NCBI GenBank assembly: GCA_963676835.2
Contig: CAXXFF010000002.1
Span: forward strand, 864,001 to 928,000
DNA: 64,000 nucleotides
Reading direction: 5' to 3'
Source of the DNA: Marispirochaeta sp.
GTDB taxonomy: Bacteria > Spirochaetota > Spirochaetia > JC444 > Marispirochaetaceae
Below the pieces are notes generated by a model. It ran no database searches. It saw nothing but the letters and a program-made list of their open reading frames with translations, and was not told where the DNA came from. Position numbers and translations under genes: made by a program. Positions within the stretch are counted from its first letter, which is position 1. Each line of letters begins with the position of its first letter. This document shows, piece after piece, positions 19,281 to 28,288 of the stretch.

Positions 19281-20813
19281 ATGCTGAAAACAGGACGAAT
19301 TCTAAAATGCCCTGCTCTGATGATTATTGTTCTTTTGCTGCTTTTTTCTCTTCTGTACGCTTCGGTGTTTATCTATTTTGATCATGACCGGTCTCTGTTT
19401 CTAACCTCCTACCTCAGGCAGCTGGATTATGAGTTTCATATGACCCGTGAGCTGTATGGTCGGCTGGCGGAAGCTATGTTCAACCTGCAGATAGATACCC
19501 TTCAGGTTAAGGAGCTTTTTGCCGCAGGGATGAAAGAGCAGAACCTGGAGAGAAAAAACGGGAAGAGGCAGGAACTGTATGAAGCTCTTCTTCCGCTTTT
19601 TCAACAACTGCAGCATGCGCAGTTCAGGCAGCTCCATTTTCATGAACGGGACAATACCAGTTATCTGCGTATGCATAGACCTTCCACCTTTGGTGATGAT
19701 CTGACCGGTATCCGTACCTCCGTAGAGCTGGTGAACCGGACGAAAGCACCCGTTTCCGGTTTTGAAGAGGGTAGAATTTATAACGGGTACCGTTATGTGT
19801 ATCCTCTGTTTCTGGATGATGAGTATCTGGGCTCTGTGGAGTTGAGTGTCTCAATGAATACGGTGCTCAGTACATACAAATCCATATATGGCCATGATAT
19901 GCAGTTTATTCTTTCCCGGGAGCAGATGGAGAAGAAAGTCTTTGATCAGGAGCAGGGCAACTATGTTGACTGGGAGATCAGCAGTGATTTTGTTCTGGAT
20001 AAAGAGTTGTCCGAGAACAATCTGTTTGGCTACAGGGTTCCCCTGGAAACAGCCCGGCGGATTGATAAGGCTTTGAGAAAACACCGGGCTGAAGGGCTTC
20101 CTTTTGCTGTTTTTCTAAAGCTTCAGGGCGTATATCAGCTGATCACTTTTCTTCCAATAAAGAATTTTGAAGAGAAGACAGTGGCTTATATCTTTTCTCT
20201 GGACGAAGCGGAGAAGCTGAAGGCTTTAAGAGCTAATTTCTTTATTGTAATCCTTATTCTCACTGTGCTCTTCATGAGTACCGCCGGGTTTACGGGCTAT
20301 GTTTTTTACAGCCGCAATAGAATCCGTAAACTCGCGCGGATCGATTATCTGACCAGAGTCCCAACCAGGTCGGTGGTGTATGAAGAGATTGAAAAAGAGA
20401 TAAACCGCTTCCGCCGTTACGGCAAAGCCTTCGCTGTTATGATCATTGACGTAGATCATTTTAAAAAGGTTAATGATACCCATGGACATGTGGTTGGAGA
20501 TAAAGTTCTCCGGAAGATTGCAGAGATTCTGAATCTGAATGTTCGCAGTACCGATTCCCTGGGCCGCTTCGGGGGAGAAGAATTTCTTGTTCTGCTGCCG
20601 GAAACAACCCTGGCACAAGCCCTGGCCGCAGCGGGTAATCTGAGGAGTGCGATAGAGGCGCATCTCTTTGAGGATGCAGGATGGGTCACCATAAGTATCG
20701 GGGTGTCTCAAATGGAGGAAAAATTCAGCTCTTCTGAGCAGTTGGTGGAACAGGCGGATAAAAGTCTGTATAAAGCAAAAGAACAGGGGCGAAACCGGGT
20801 TATTGCTCTTTAA
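19281..20813 (+). CDS. Membrane diguanylate cyclase with Cache-type sensor
   Basis: Two TM helices, LRMH.P..GD and GFEEGR sensor motifs, DVDHFKKVND and RFGGEEF. Confidence 0.9.
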   Translation: MLKTGRILKCPALMIIVLLLLFSLLYASVFIYFDHDRSLFLTSYLRQLDYEFHMTRELYGRLAEAMFNLQIDTLQVKELFAAGMKEQNLERKNGKRQELYEALLPLFQQLQHAQFRQLHFHERDNTSYLRMHRPSTFGDDLTGIRTSVELVNRTKAPVSGFEEGRIYNGYRYVYPLFLDDEYLGSVELSVSMNTVLSTYKSIYGHDMQFILSREQMEKKVFDQEQGNYVDWEISSDFVLDKELSENNLFGYRVPLETARRIDKALRKHRAEGLPFAVFLKLQGVYQLITFLPIKNFEEKTVAYIFSLDEAEKLKALRANFFIVILILTVLFMSTAGFTGYVFYSRNRIRKLARIDYLTRVPTRSVVYEEIEKEINRFRRYGKAFAVMIIDVDHFKKVNDTHGHVVGDKVLRKIAEILNLNVRSTDSLGRFGGEEFLVLLPETTLAQALAAAGNLRSAIEAHLFEDAGWVTISIGVSQMEEKFSSSEQLVEQADKSLYKAKEQGRNRVIAL

Positions 20814-21183
20814 CCAGTTTCAGCTGATTATCTAACAGAGTTTCCAGCTCGGCGAAGTGGAGGGGTTTTCGCAGCAGGGCCAGGGGATTTATTTCGAGGG
20901 CTCTTCGGTCAAGTTCCTTGTCCATGTACCCGGTTATAAAAATTATCGGCACAGCCCTACTGCTCTGGATAATACGGGCGGCTTCCAGTCCATCCAGCTT
21001 TCCTGCCAGGTTAATATCCATAATAATCAGATCCGGATTGACCTCTTCCGCGGCCTGTACGGCTTTTTCTCCGGTGGCTATCTGATCGCATATGGAATAT
21101 CCGGCAGTCTCAAGCTGCAGGCTGAGGCCAATTGCAATGAGGGTTTCATCCTCAACCAGAAGTATTTTCAGATCTTTATTCAT
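20800..21183 (-). CDS. Single-domain response regulator
   Basis: VEDE, MDINL, FITG and KP motifs. Confidence 0.9.
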   Translation of the reverse strand: MNKDLKILLVEDETLIAIGLSLQLETAGYSICDQIATGEKAVQAAEEVNPDLIIMDINLAGKLDGLEAARIIQSSRAVPIIFITGYMDKELDRRALEINPLALLRKPLHFAELETLLDNQLKLVKEQ

Positions 21184-22541
21184 TTACCTACCCGTGTGGT
21201 ATAAAGGCTTAAGGGAAACTGCATTTTCCACTCCAGAGTTTTACTGTTACTGAATTCACCTGTACTGTTCATCTGCTGTTTACTTAGCGCCTGAATCAGT
21301 GTAACCGCTGTAACAGGGCTATCGTCGGACTCTGATATAAAATCTTCCATATTTACCTGTGTATCTTCATAGCGAAGAAATCCCAGATTCTCTTCTTCGA
21401 AACTGATCTCAATGTTGATCTTGTCTTCTACCTCTCTGTTTTTTCCATACTGTAAAGAGAGGCCGAACAGTTCGATGAGTACCAGTCCCAGGGGAATGGC
21501 AGTATCCAGCAGAAGGGGGAAGCTCTGGATGTTCCGGTTAGTCTTAATGGCTGTTCCCGAATTCTGCAGCATGAAGTCTACAAGTTCGGCCACAAACACA
21601 GAGCTGTCGATATGCGACAGATCCCGGGAACGGTAGAGAAGTTCATGAACCAGGGAGACTGCAAAGATTCTTCTTTCTGTCTCTTTTATCAGATTTCTGG
21701 TTTGAAGGTTTTCCTGCATGCGTGATGCTTCAATTACCAGCATGGAAAGGATTACCTGCATGGTGTTTCTTGTCCGGTGATAGAGCTCACGCATGAGGGT
21801 TTCTCTCTCTTCAAGGGCAGATGAAAGCTGTTCCCGTGTTTCCTGCTCCTTTCTGAAGCTGCTGCTTATTCGAGCGAGCATGCTGTTGATGGTTCCGGTT
21901 ATGGTGTCCAGTTCGTCGGGGTGCTTGAAAAAAAGATGTTCTCTATCCAGGCTCAGGGCAATATAGTCGCTGCTGGTAAGGGTAACGGATTTAAGGTAGA
22001 GGTTTATTTTCTTCAGGTGTCTGAGAATAAAGCGCTGCTGAAAGAGAATTATACTTGCCGCAAAAAAGAGGGTAATAAAGATAATTCCCGCAATATTGAG
22101 GAGAACCTGGCTGCGCAGTTTTTCATGCATATGTGAAAGGCCGGCCTCCACAACCAGGGTACCCAGCGACCTGTCTTCTCCCATATATGTATAGACCAGC
22201 GGGAAAGAACGTTCCAGTGAGTTTTTTCCCGCATATGTACCCATGGCCGCAACTGCAGAGTTTATCCTGTCTCTCTTCTCCAATACTGCCACAAAGTCTA
22301 TATCCGGCCGGGAGTAAATTCCCCGCAGGAGCAGATTCAACTGGTCATCATCCAGAAAAAACCGGCTGGCTGTAATTGCATTCAGATAGCTTGTTTCTAT
22401 AGCAAAGAGGTTCTCTTCTATGTTGTGCATTTCGTACTGGTACTCTGCATAGTACTGTCCTGCAATTGCAAGTAAGGAGAAAAAGAGAGCCGTAATGGTT
22501 ATGGCCAGAATGAATTTTGTTTCAAGTGTAGGGTGGGCCAT
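21180..22541 (-). CDS. HisKA_2-type membrane sensor kinase with degenerate ATPase domain
   Basis: H-box ELYHRTRNTMQ and VHELLY are present, but N, G1 and G2 boxes are not recognisable. Confidence 0.75.
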   Translation of the reverse strand: MAHPTLETKFILAITITALFFSLLAIAGQYYAEYQYEMHNIEENLFAIETSYLNAITASRFFLDDDQLNLLLRGIYSRPDIDFVAVLEKRDRINSAVAAMGTYAGKNSLERSFPLVYTYMGEDRSLGTLVVEAGLSHMHEKLRSQVLLNIAGIIFITLFFAASIILFQQRFILRHLKKINLYLKSVTLTSSDYIALSLDREHLFFKHPDELDTITGTINSMLARISSSFRKEQETREQLSSALEERETLMRELYHRTRNTMQVILSMLVIEASRMQENLQTRNLIKETERRIFAVSLVHELLYRSRDLSHIDSSVFVAELVDFMLQNSGTAIKTNRNIQSFPLLLDTAIPLGLVLIELFGLSLQYGKNREVEDKINIEISFEEENLGFLRYEDTQVNMEDFISESDDSPVTAVTLIQALSKQQMNSTGEFSNSKTLEWKMQFPLSLYTTRVGK

Positions 22542-23672
22542 CTACTCTCTCATTGCTCCCTCTATGCCTTTCAGGCTGAAGTCGTACTCTGTCCGTCTGG
22601 AGTTGAGGGATAAAGAAAGCAGGGAAAAGTCTATCCTGTCGTATTCTCTATAGAGACGCATATATCTATCTGCATTTTCTGCTGTTGCCGTATGGGGTTC
22701 GGGGCTTATCTGCAGGCCGGTGCTCGCCAGGAAATCCCGGCCGTTCAGGTAATCCACCAGGTAAATAAGAATTTCCACATAGGAAAAGAGGGTTGCCGAA
22801 ACAGTGGCGGTGAACCTGCCCGACAGAACCTGTTCAAGTCCAATATTTGACAGATCAAGACCGCCGGTGAGAATATCCTTCCCCGGAGTTTTTCCCATAT
22901 CCTCAACCGCCAGCGCGGCTCCTGTTCCAAGCTGATCGCTGGCAGCCCAGATAATCCGTGTGTCGGGGTAGCGTCTTAAAAGCTGGGATGCTTTCTCTCT
23001 GCCTTCGACGGGGGTCCACAAGGTTGGCACTATCTGCAGCAGAGTGGCCTGGTCAAATTCCAAAACCGCCTGCCGCAATCCTTCTTCCCTCTGCAGGCTG
23101 CCGGCCCAGGTATGGTCTCCGCTTATTCCCAGTATCTCGATATCACCTCCGGGAGCAGTTCTGCCAGACATTATGGCTGTACGTATCAGCTCTTTTGCCA
23201 GAAGATAGCCTTTTTCTTTTTCGTTCTGGGAGTAGACCGCCAGCCAGGATGAATACAGCGCCCGTGGCTTGTAGCCGAGGGCGGGTAGTTCTTCTTCAAA
23301 CAAAGGGCCCTGTATCATCATGGGAATATGCAGATCTTCCGCCGTTTCCAGAAGCGGGCGGACCTGTCCGAAGGCTACGGAACATACGGCACCGTCGGGC
23401 CGGGGGGTGCTGGAGAGGATCCGGGATCCCTTATTTGCCATTGCAAAGCGGTCGCCTACGGTAAACTCGTTGATTTGAATCTCTACACCCAGATCGGCTG
23501 CGGCGGACTTAAGAATGGTATAAACCTGGGGCCAGTAGGTATTATTCTCTGAGGTTGGGGTAAAGAAGGCAATACGATACTTAACTTCAGTGTTGTCTGC
23601 ACAAAGTATGTTAAAGCTGGAAAGAAAAGCAGTCAGCATTGCAAAAAGTACAATACGAGTATGCATTTTCAC
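22542..23672 (-). CDS. Periplasmic sugar-binding-like protein (type I) coupled to the sensor kinase
   Basis: Signal peptide, AAADLG, R..GL, IWAASD and GGLD; directly abuts the kinase gene. Confidence 0.8.
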   Translation of the reverse strand: MKMHTRIVLFAMLTAFLSSFNILCADNTEVKYRIAFFTPTSENNTYWPQVYTILKSAAADLGVEIQINEFTVGDRFAMANKGSRILSSTPRPDGAVCSVAFGQVRPLLETAEDLHIPMMIQGPLFEEELPALGYKPRALYSSWLAVYSQNEKEKGYLLAKELIRTAIMSGRTAPGGDIEILGISGDHTWAGSLQREEGLRQAVLEFDQATLLQIVPTLWTPVEGREKASQLLRRYPDTRIIWAASDQLGTGAALAVEDMGKTPGKDILTGGLDLSNIGLEQVLSGRFTATVSATLFSYVEILIYLVDYLNGRDFLASTGLQISPEPHTATAENADRYMRLYREYDRIDFSLLSLSLNSRRTEYDFSLKGIEGAMRE

Positions 23673-23759
23673 TCATTCCATTTTGTACTTGTAATGATAG
23701 GTAATTCTATTCCAAATTGAAAGTCCTTTCAGTATATATTACTAAGATTATTATAAAAT

Positions 23760-23771
23760 GCCCAGGTGTCC
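23760..23771 (+). promoter_or_regulatory. GGACA-N2-TGTCC box A (degenerate) upstream of the MFS gene
   Basis: GCCCA-GG-TGTCC followed by T-run; -10-like TATGGT 23 nt downstream (23795). Confidence 0.55.
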
Positions 23772-23834
23772 TTTTTTCTGCGGACCTTGATCTATATGGT
23801 ATACGCGAAGAAATCCTGTAAGGCGGAAGCAGAA

Positions 23835-25019
23835 ATGGCGTATATTGAACTGGGCACCCGGTCCCATAAACGGGCAACCCTGGGAATCAGCCTGGGAAGC
23901 ATGATTACCTTTGCAATTATGTACAGCCCCCAGCCCCTGATAAGCGTATTTTCCGCCGAGTATGGAGTTGCTCCGGCAACTGCGAGCCTTTCTGTTTCGC
24001 TGACAACCTTCGGGCTGGCGGGGGCGCTCTTTTTTATTGCCATTATAACCAATGTCTTTTCCCGTAAAGGCTTAATGTGCTTTTCCCTGATTGTATCTTC
24101 CAGCTTGACTCTGCTCTCCGCCTTTATGATGGATTTTACCGTCTTTCTGGGATTCCGCCTTTTAATCGGCATTGTTGTAGCCGGTTTTCCCTCTGTTGCC
24201 ATGGCCTATCTGTACGAGGAGTTTTCGCCTGAGGATCTGGGCAAGGTTATCGGGTATTATGTCTCCGGTACCGCATTGGGAGGACTCTCCGGGCGGATAG
24301 TGGTTGGCGCCCTGTCTGATTTTATGAGTTTTCACCTGGCCTTTGCCATTCAGGGCGTGCTCAGTCTTGCAGTGAGTATCTGGTTTCTGGTCTCCCTTCC
24401 GCCTTCAAAGAATCATGTGCAGAAAAAAATAACCCGCAAAGAGTGGTTTGCAGGTATTTCAGCTGCCTTCGGCAGTAAAGGCCTGGTGCCGGTATATCTG
24501 GTGGGATTTCTTATTATGGGTTCCTATATCAGTATCCTTAACTATATCGGCTACCCCCTCACTTCTGCTCCCTATAACCTCAGTCAGACTCTGTTCGGTT
24601 TTCTCTTTGTGGTGAACCTCTTCGGGTCATACAGCTCGGTGCTTTTCGGCAAGCTGGCAGACCGCTATCCAAGGCCCATGGTTATGTCCATAGCTCTGGG
24701 GGTAATTGCTCTGGGGGTTGGTGCAACCCTGCATCCCTGGCTTCCCGTCAAGATTGCTGGCGTAGCAGCAGTTGCTTTCGGCCTTTTTGCCGGGCACTCC
24801 GTTGCCAGCGGCTGGACCGGGATACTGGCTCCAAAAGAGTACAAGGGGCAGGCTTCCGCTTTTTATCTGCTCTTCTACTACGCCGGATCAAGTATTCTCG
24901 GCTGGGCTGGTGGCTTGTTTTTCCGGCAGTATGACTGGCTTGGACTCACTCTTTATATATTTACCCTCTTAAGCATGACTCTGGGGATTACCTTTCTCTT
25001 TCTGAGAAACAGAAGATAA
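23835..25019 (+). CDS. MFS transporter (YnfM-like)
   Basis: FAIMYSPQPL, AMAYLYEE, YVSGTALGGLSGR and YLLFYYAGSS; about 12 TM helices. Confidence 0.85.
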   Translation: MAYIELGTRSHKRATLGISLGSMITFAIMYSPQPLISVFSAEYGVAPATASLSVSLTTFGLAGALFFIAIITNVFSRKGLMCFSLIVSSSLTLLSAFMMDFTVFLGFRLLIGIVVAGFPSVAMAYLYEEFSPEDLGKVIGYYVSGTALGGLSGRIVVGALSDFMSFHLAFAIQGVLSLAVSIWFLVSLPPSKNHVQKKITRKEWFAGISAAFGSKGLVPVYLVGFLIMGSYISILNYIGYPLTSAPYNLSQTLFGFLFVVNLFGSYSSVLFGKLADRYPRPMVMSIALGVIALGVGATLHPWLPVKIAGVAAVAFGLFAGHSVASGWTGILAPKEYKGQASAFYLLFYYAGSSILGWAGGLFFRQYDWLGLTLYIFTLLSMTLGITFLFLRNRR

Positions 25020-25022
25020 AGG

Positions 25023-25034
25023 GGACAGGTGTCC
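25023..25034 (+). promoter_or_regulatory. GGACA-N2-TGTCC box B upstream of yjjI
   Basis: Perfect GGACA-GG-TGTCC; TATAGT 24 nt downstream (25059). Confidence 0.75.
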
Positions 25035-25126
25035 TTTCATCTGACTGTTTTACTTGCCTATAGTTAAAAGTAATGCAGAATCTAATGGAGAAAAAAGGTG
25101 CATCCACAGAAGGGAGGATAGTGCGT

Positions 25127-26641
25127 ATGAATGAAGCGCTGAAAATTGTAACATCCCGAAACTTTACAACTCGACAGAAAATGACCCAGCTTGCCGCAGT
25201 GGGAGAAAACTCTGTTTCTCCCATGAAGGTACCTGAAAAGTTCCGCTTTTATGCAGATAAGGGTGCACTATGTGATATGAACGAGGGGAATGCGCCCTAT
25301 CGCCCGCGTTATGTTCTGCCGGATTATCAGAAGTTTCTCGATCAGGGCAGCAGTTTTCTGCGTCTGGACCCGCCGAAGGATCTGGATGAGGCCCTCAATG
25401 CTTTAAGTATTATCTATCATCATGTTCCCTCAATTACCGGCATGCCTGTATATGTGGGAGCCCTCGATACTCTGATTGATCCCTTTCTTGAGGGTGTTGA
25501 TGATGCGGAAGCAGCCAAAAAAATCAGTCTGTTTCTCAATTTTATCGACCGGACCATTCCCAGCGGATACTGTCACGCCAATATCGGGCCGGAAGATACC
25601 AGGGCTGGCAGGATTATCCTTTCCCTTGCTCCGGAACTGAAAAACGCTGTACCCAACATTACCATGAAGTATGATCCTGACATTACTCCCGATGATTTTG
25701 CTGAATCCGCCATGGGTTCTGCCATGGTCTGTGCCGGGCCTGCGGTATGTAATCATGCTGTGCATAAAGAGACCTATACCGGCAGGTACGGGGTTGTCAG
25801 CTGTTATAATATTCTCCCCGAAGCAGGCGGTGCCTATTGTCTTTCCCGTATCGTGCTCCCCCGTCTTGCGGAGATGGCGGAAAACCATTCACATTTTCTC
25901 TCCACTCTTCTCCCGGATGCGCTGAATGCTCTCGGAGAATATATGAATGAGCGTATCCGCTTCTTTGTTGAGGAGTCGGGATTTTTCGAAAGTTCCTTTC
26001 TTGTAGATGAAGGGTTAATCAGTACAGACCGTTTTATAGGTATGTTCGGTCTTGCAGGGCTTGCGGACTGTGTAAATATCCTGCTTGGAAGAGAAATGGG
26101 CTACGGCGGCGATGAAGAAGGGGATAATCTGGCGGAAACCATTCTGTCGGAAATTGCGGTTTTTGCCGCGAATTTTGAGGCTCCCTATTCGCCGGTATCC
26201 GGAGGGCATCATATGCTCCACGCTCAGGCGGGGCTTGCCACCGATGAAGGGGTTTCTCCTGGAATCCGCATCCGGGTAGGAGAAGAGCCGGAATCTCTTT
26301 TCAAGCATCTGCGGCACAGTGCCAGAATGCACAAATATATCCCCACCGGCTGTTCGGATATTTTTCCTGTGGAAAGTACCGCCGGTAAAAACCCTGCGGC
26401 CCTGGTTGATGTGATCAAAGGGGCATTTTCCGTGGGCGATAAATACCTCAGCTTCTACGCTTCCGATGGAGATCTGGTGCGTATTACCGGCTACCTTGCC
26501 AAGCGCAGTGAGATTGACCGCTTTAAGGACGGCACAGCTGTTCTGCACGACACAGTTGCAGGAGCGTCACTGAACTATAAAAATAACCGGGTGGGCCAGC
26601 GTAAAGTCCGTACACAGAATGATCTCGGCTCCGGTAAATAA
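25127..26641 (+). CDS. yjjI: YjjI-family glycyl radical enzyme
   Basis: CDMNEGNAPYRPRY, YHHVPSIT, HANIGP, SCYN (Cys loop) and C-terminal DLVRITGY (Gly loop). Start at ATG 25127 after GGAGG. Confidence 0.88.
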   Translation: MNEALKIVTSRNFTTRQKMTQLAAVGENSVSPMKVPEKFRFYADKGALCDMNEGNAPYRPRYVLPDYQKFLDQGSSFLRLDPPKDLDEALNALSIIYHHVPSITGMPVYVGALDTLIDPFLEGVDDAEAAKKISLFLNFIDRTIPSGYCHANIGPEDTRAGRIILSLAPELKNAVPNITMKYDPDITPDDFAESAMGSAMVCAGPAVCNHAVHKETYTGRYGVVSCYNILPEAGGAYCLSRIVLPRLAEMAENHSHFLSTLLPDALNALGEYMNERIRFFVEESGFFESSFLVDEGLISTDRFIGMFGLAGLADCVNILLGREMGYGGDEEGDNLAETILSEIAVFAANFEAPYSPVSGGHHMLHAQAGLATDEGVSPGIRIRVGEEPESLFKHLRHSARMHKYIPTGCSDIFPVESTAGKNPAALVDVIKGAFSVGDKYLSFYASDGDLVRITGYLAKRSEIDRFKDGTAVLHDTVAGASLNYKNNRVGQRKVRTQNDLGSGK

Positions 26642-27455
26642 GATCATACCGTTCAGTCTGGTCGATGGCCCGGGCAGCAGAACGGCAGTTTTTCTGCAGG
26701 GCTGCAATCTTATGTGTTCCTATTGCCATAATCCTGAAACCAGAACAATCTGCAACAACTGCGGTATCTGTGTTTCTCACTGCCCTTCCGGGGCTTTGGA
26801 GATGCAGGAGGGCACCGTTCTCTGGAACGAAGATCTTTGCACCGGCTGTGACCGCTGTATTTCCCTCTGTCACAACTCAGCATCTCCACGGGTTCGCCGT
26901 ATGAGTTCCGGTGAAGTGCTTGCCCTTGTGGAGGAGAACATTCCCTTTATCCGGGGAATTACTGTTTCCGGCGGTGAATGTACCCTCTATCCGGATTTTC
27001 TGGTTGAACTGTTTTCCGGAGCCCGTCAGTTTGGTCTGGGGACCCTGATAGACAGCAACGGAACGGTGGACTTTACCCTGTACCCCCATCTGTTTGAGAA
27101 CCTCTGTGACGGGGTTATGCTGGATGTTAAGAGCTGGGACGGAGATCTCTTTTTCTCTCTTACCCGGGGAAGCAATTCCATGATTCGCAGAAATCTCCGT
27201 TATCTTGCAGATATTCAGAAGCTTGAGGAGATCCGGATTGTATGTATTCAGGAGCTTACGGATCCCGAACGGGCGGTTGAAGAGATAGGCGCTGCCATAG
27301 GCGATAAGCTGCATCAGCAGCGATTGAAACTGATTCAGTACAGAGATCACGGGGTTAAGGATCTGATTAACGCCCGGGGATATTCTATTCCTCAGTTGGA
27401 ATCCCTTGCCCTGCGTGCATCTGATATGGGATTCGGCGAGGTTATTATACAGTAG
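26619..27455 (+). CDS. yjjW: YjjW-family glycyl radical activating enzyme
   Basis: DGPGSR, GCNLMCSYCHNPE (CxxxCxxC), two ferredoxin CxxCxxCxxxC motifs and GITVSGGEC. Confidence 0.9.
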   Translation: MISAPVNKIIPFSLVDGPGSRTAVFLQGCNLMCSYCHNPETRTICNNCGICVSHCPSGALEMQEGTVLWNEDLCTGCDRCISLCHNSASPRVRRMSSGEVLALVEENIPFIRGITVSGGECTLYPDFLVELFSGARQFGLGTLIDSNGTVDFTLYPHLFENLCDGVMLDVKSWDGDLFFSLTRGSNSMIRRNLRYLADIQKLEEIRIVCIQELTDPERAVEEIGAAIGDKLHQQRLKLIQYRDHGVKDLINARGYSIPQLESLALRASDMGFGEVIIQ

Positions 27456-27469
27456 AGGAGCATATTGCA

Positions 27470-28288
27470 ATGATCCATTGTCAGGCGAACTTTTTTTCCA
27501 AAATACTTATGAACCATGTTGATGTGGATGTGCTTCTGCCGTCCATGCCGGATAACGATATTCTGTTTAATGATCTGAGTACGGTTTATCCCAAAGGCTG
27601 CGAGCATCCGGTGCTGTATCTCCTGCATGGTGCGCTTGAGGATCATTCCAGCTGGCTCCGGCAGACCTGTGTGGAACGCTATGCAGAGCATGCCGGTATT
27701 GCGGTGGTAATGGCTTCCGCCCAGAACGGGTTTTATGCAAACGCAAGGCAGGGACATGCCTATTTCGATTTCTTTACAAAAGAGCTTCCCGATTTTATAG
27801 CCTATACCTTCCCGGTTTCCCGCCGCAGGGAGGATACCTTTGTGGCCGGCGCCTCAATGGGCGGCTATGGTGCAGCGAAACTGGCTCTCAGCTGTCCTGA
27901 GTCCTATTCGTCCTTCGGCTGCTTTTCCGGTGCTGTTGATCCGGAGAAGCTTGAAAGCAAAATGGTAAGTCAGGGTTATGATGTTTTTCGCTACGATCTT
28001 ATTTTCGGCGGGGCATCCAAGGTTACCGGGAGCAGTGATGACCTTAAAGTACTGGCTGCATCCCTTGCAGATTCCGACATAAAGCCCGATGCCTTTGTTA
28101 CCTGCGGTCTGGAAGAGGCCAACAATTATGAGATGGTCAGTGAGTTCCGCGATGTTCTGGTCAAATCGGGTTTTCAGGTTCGTTTTACCGATGGGCACGG
28201 AGAGCATGACTGGGATTACTGGGAACGGTGTATTGCCCTCTACATGGAACATCTGGCCCATATTATTGATCAGGGAAAGGCTGTATGA
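27470..28288 (+). CDS. Alpha/beta-hydrolase esterase (tributyrin esterase / S-formylglutathione hydrolase-like)
   Basis: VLYLLHG, GASMGGYGA nucleophile elbow and GEHDWDYW. Confidence 0.85.
   Translation: MIHCQANFFSKILMNHVDVDVLLPSMPDNDILFNDLSTVYPKGCEHPVLYLLHGALEDHSSWLRQTCVERYAEHAGIAVVMASAQNGFYANARQGHAYFDFFTKELPDFIAYTFPVSRRREDTFVAGASMGGYGAAKLALSCPESYSSFGCFSGAVDPEKLESKMVSQGYDVFRYDLIFGGASKVTGSSDDLKVLAASLADSDIKPDAFVTCGLEEANNYEMVSEFRDVLVKSGFQVRFTDGHGEHDWDYWERCIALYMEHLAHIIDQGKAV

Noticed and set aside
25019..25037. Box B as an intrinsic terminator of the MFS gene
   Set aside because: A 2-nt loop and short stem are unfavourable, and the same motif recurs at sites that follow no gene end.
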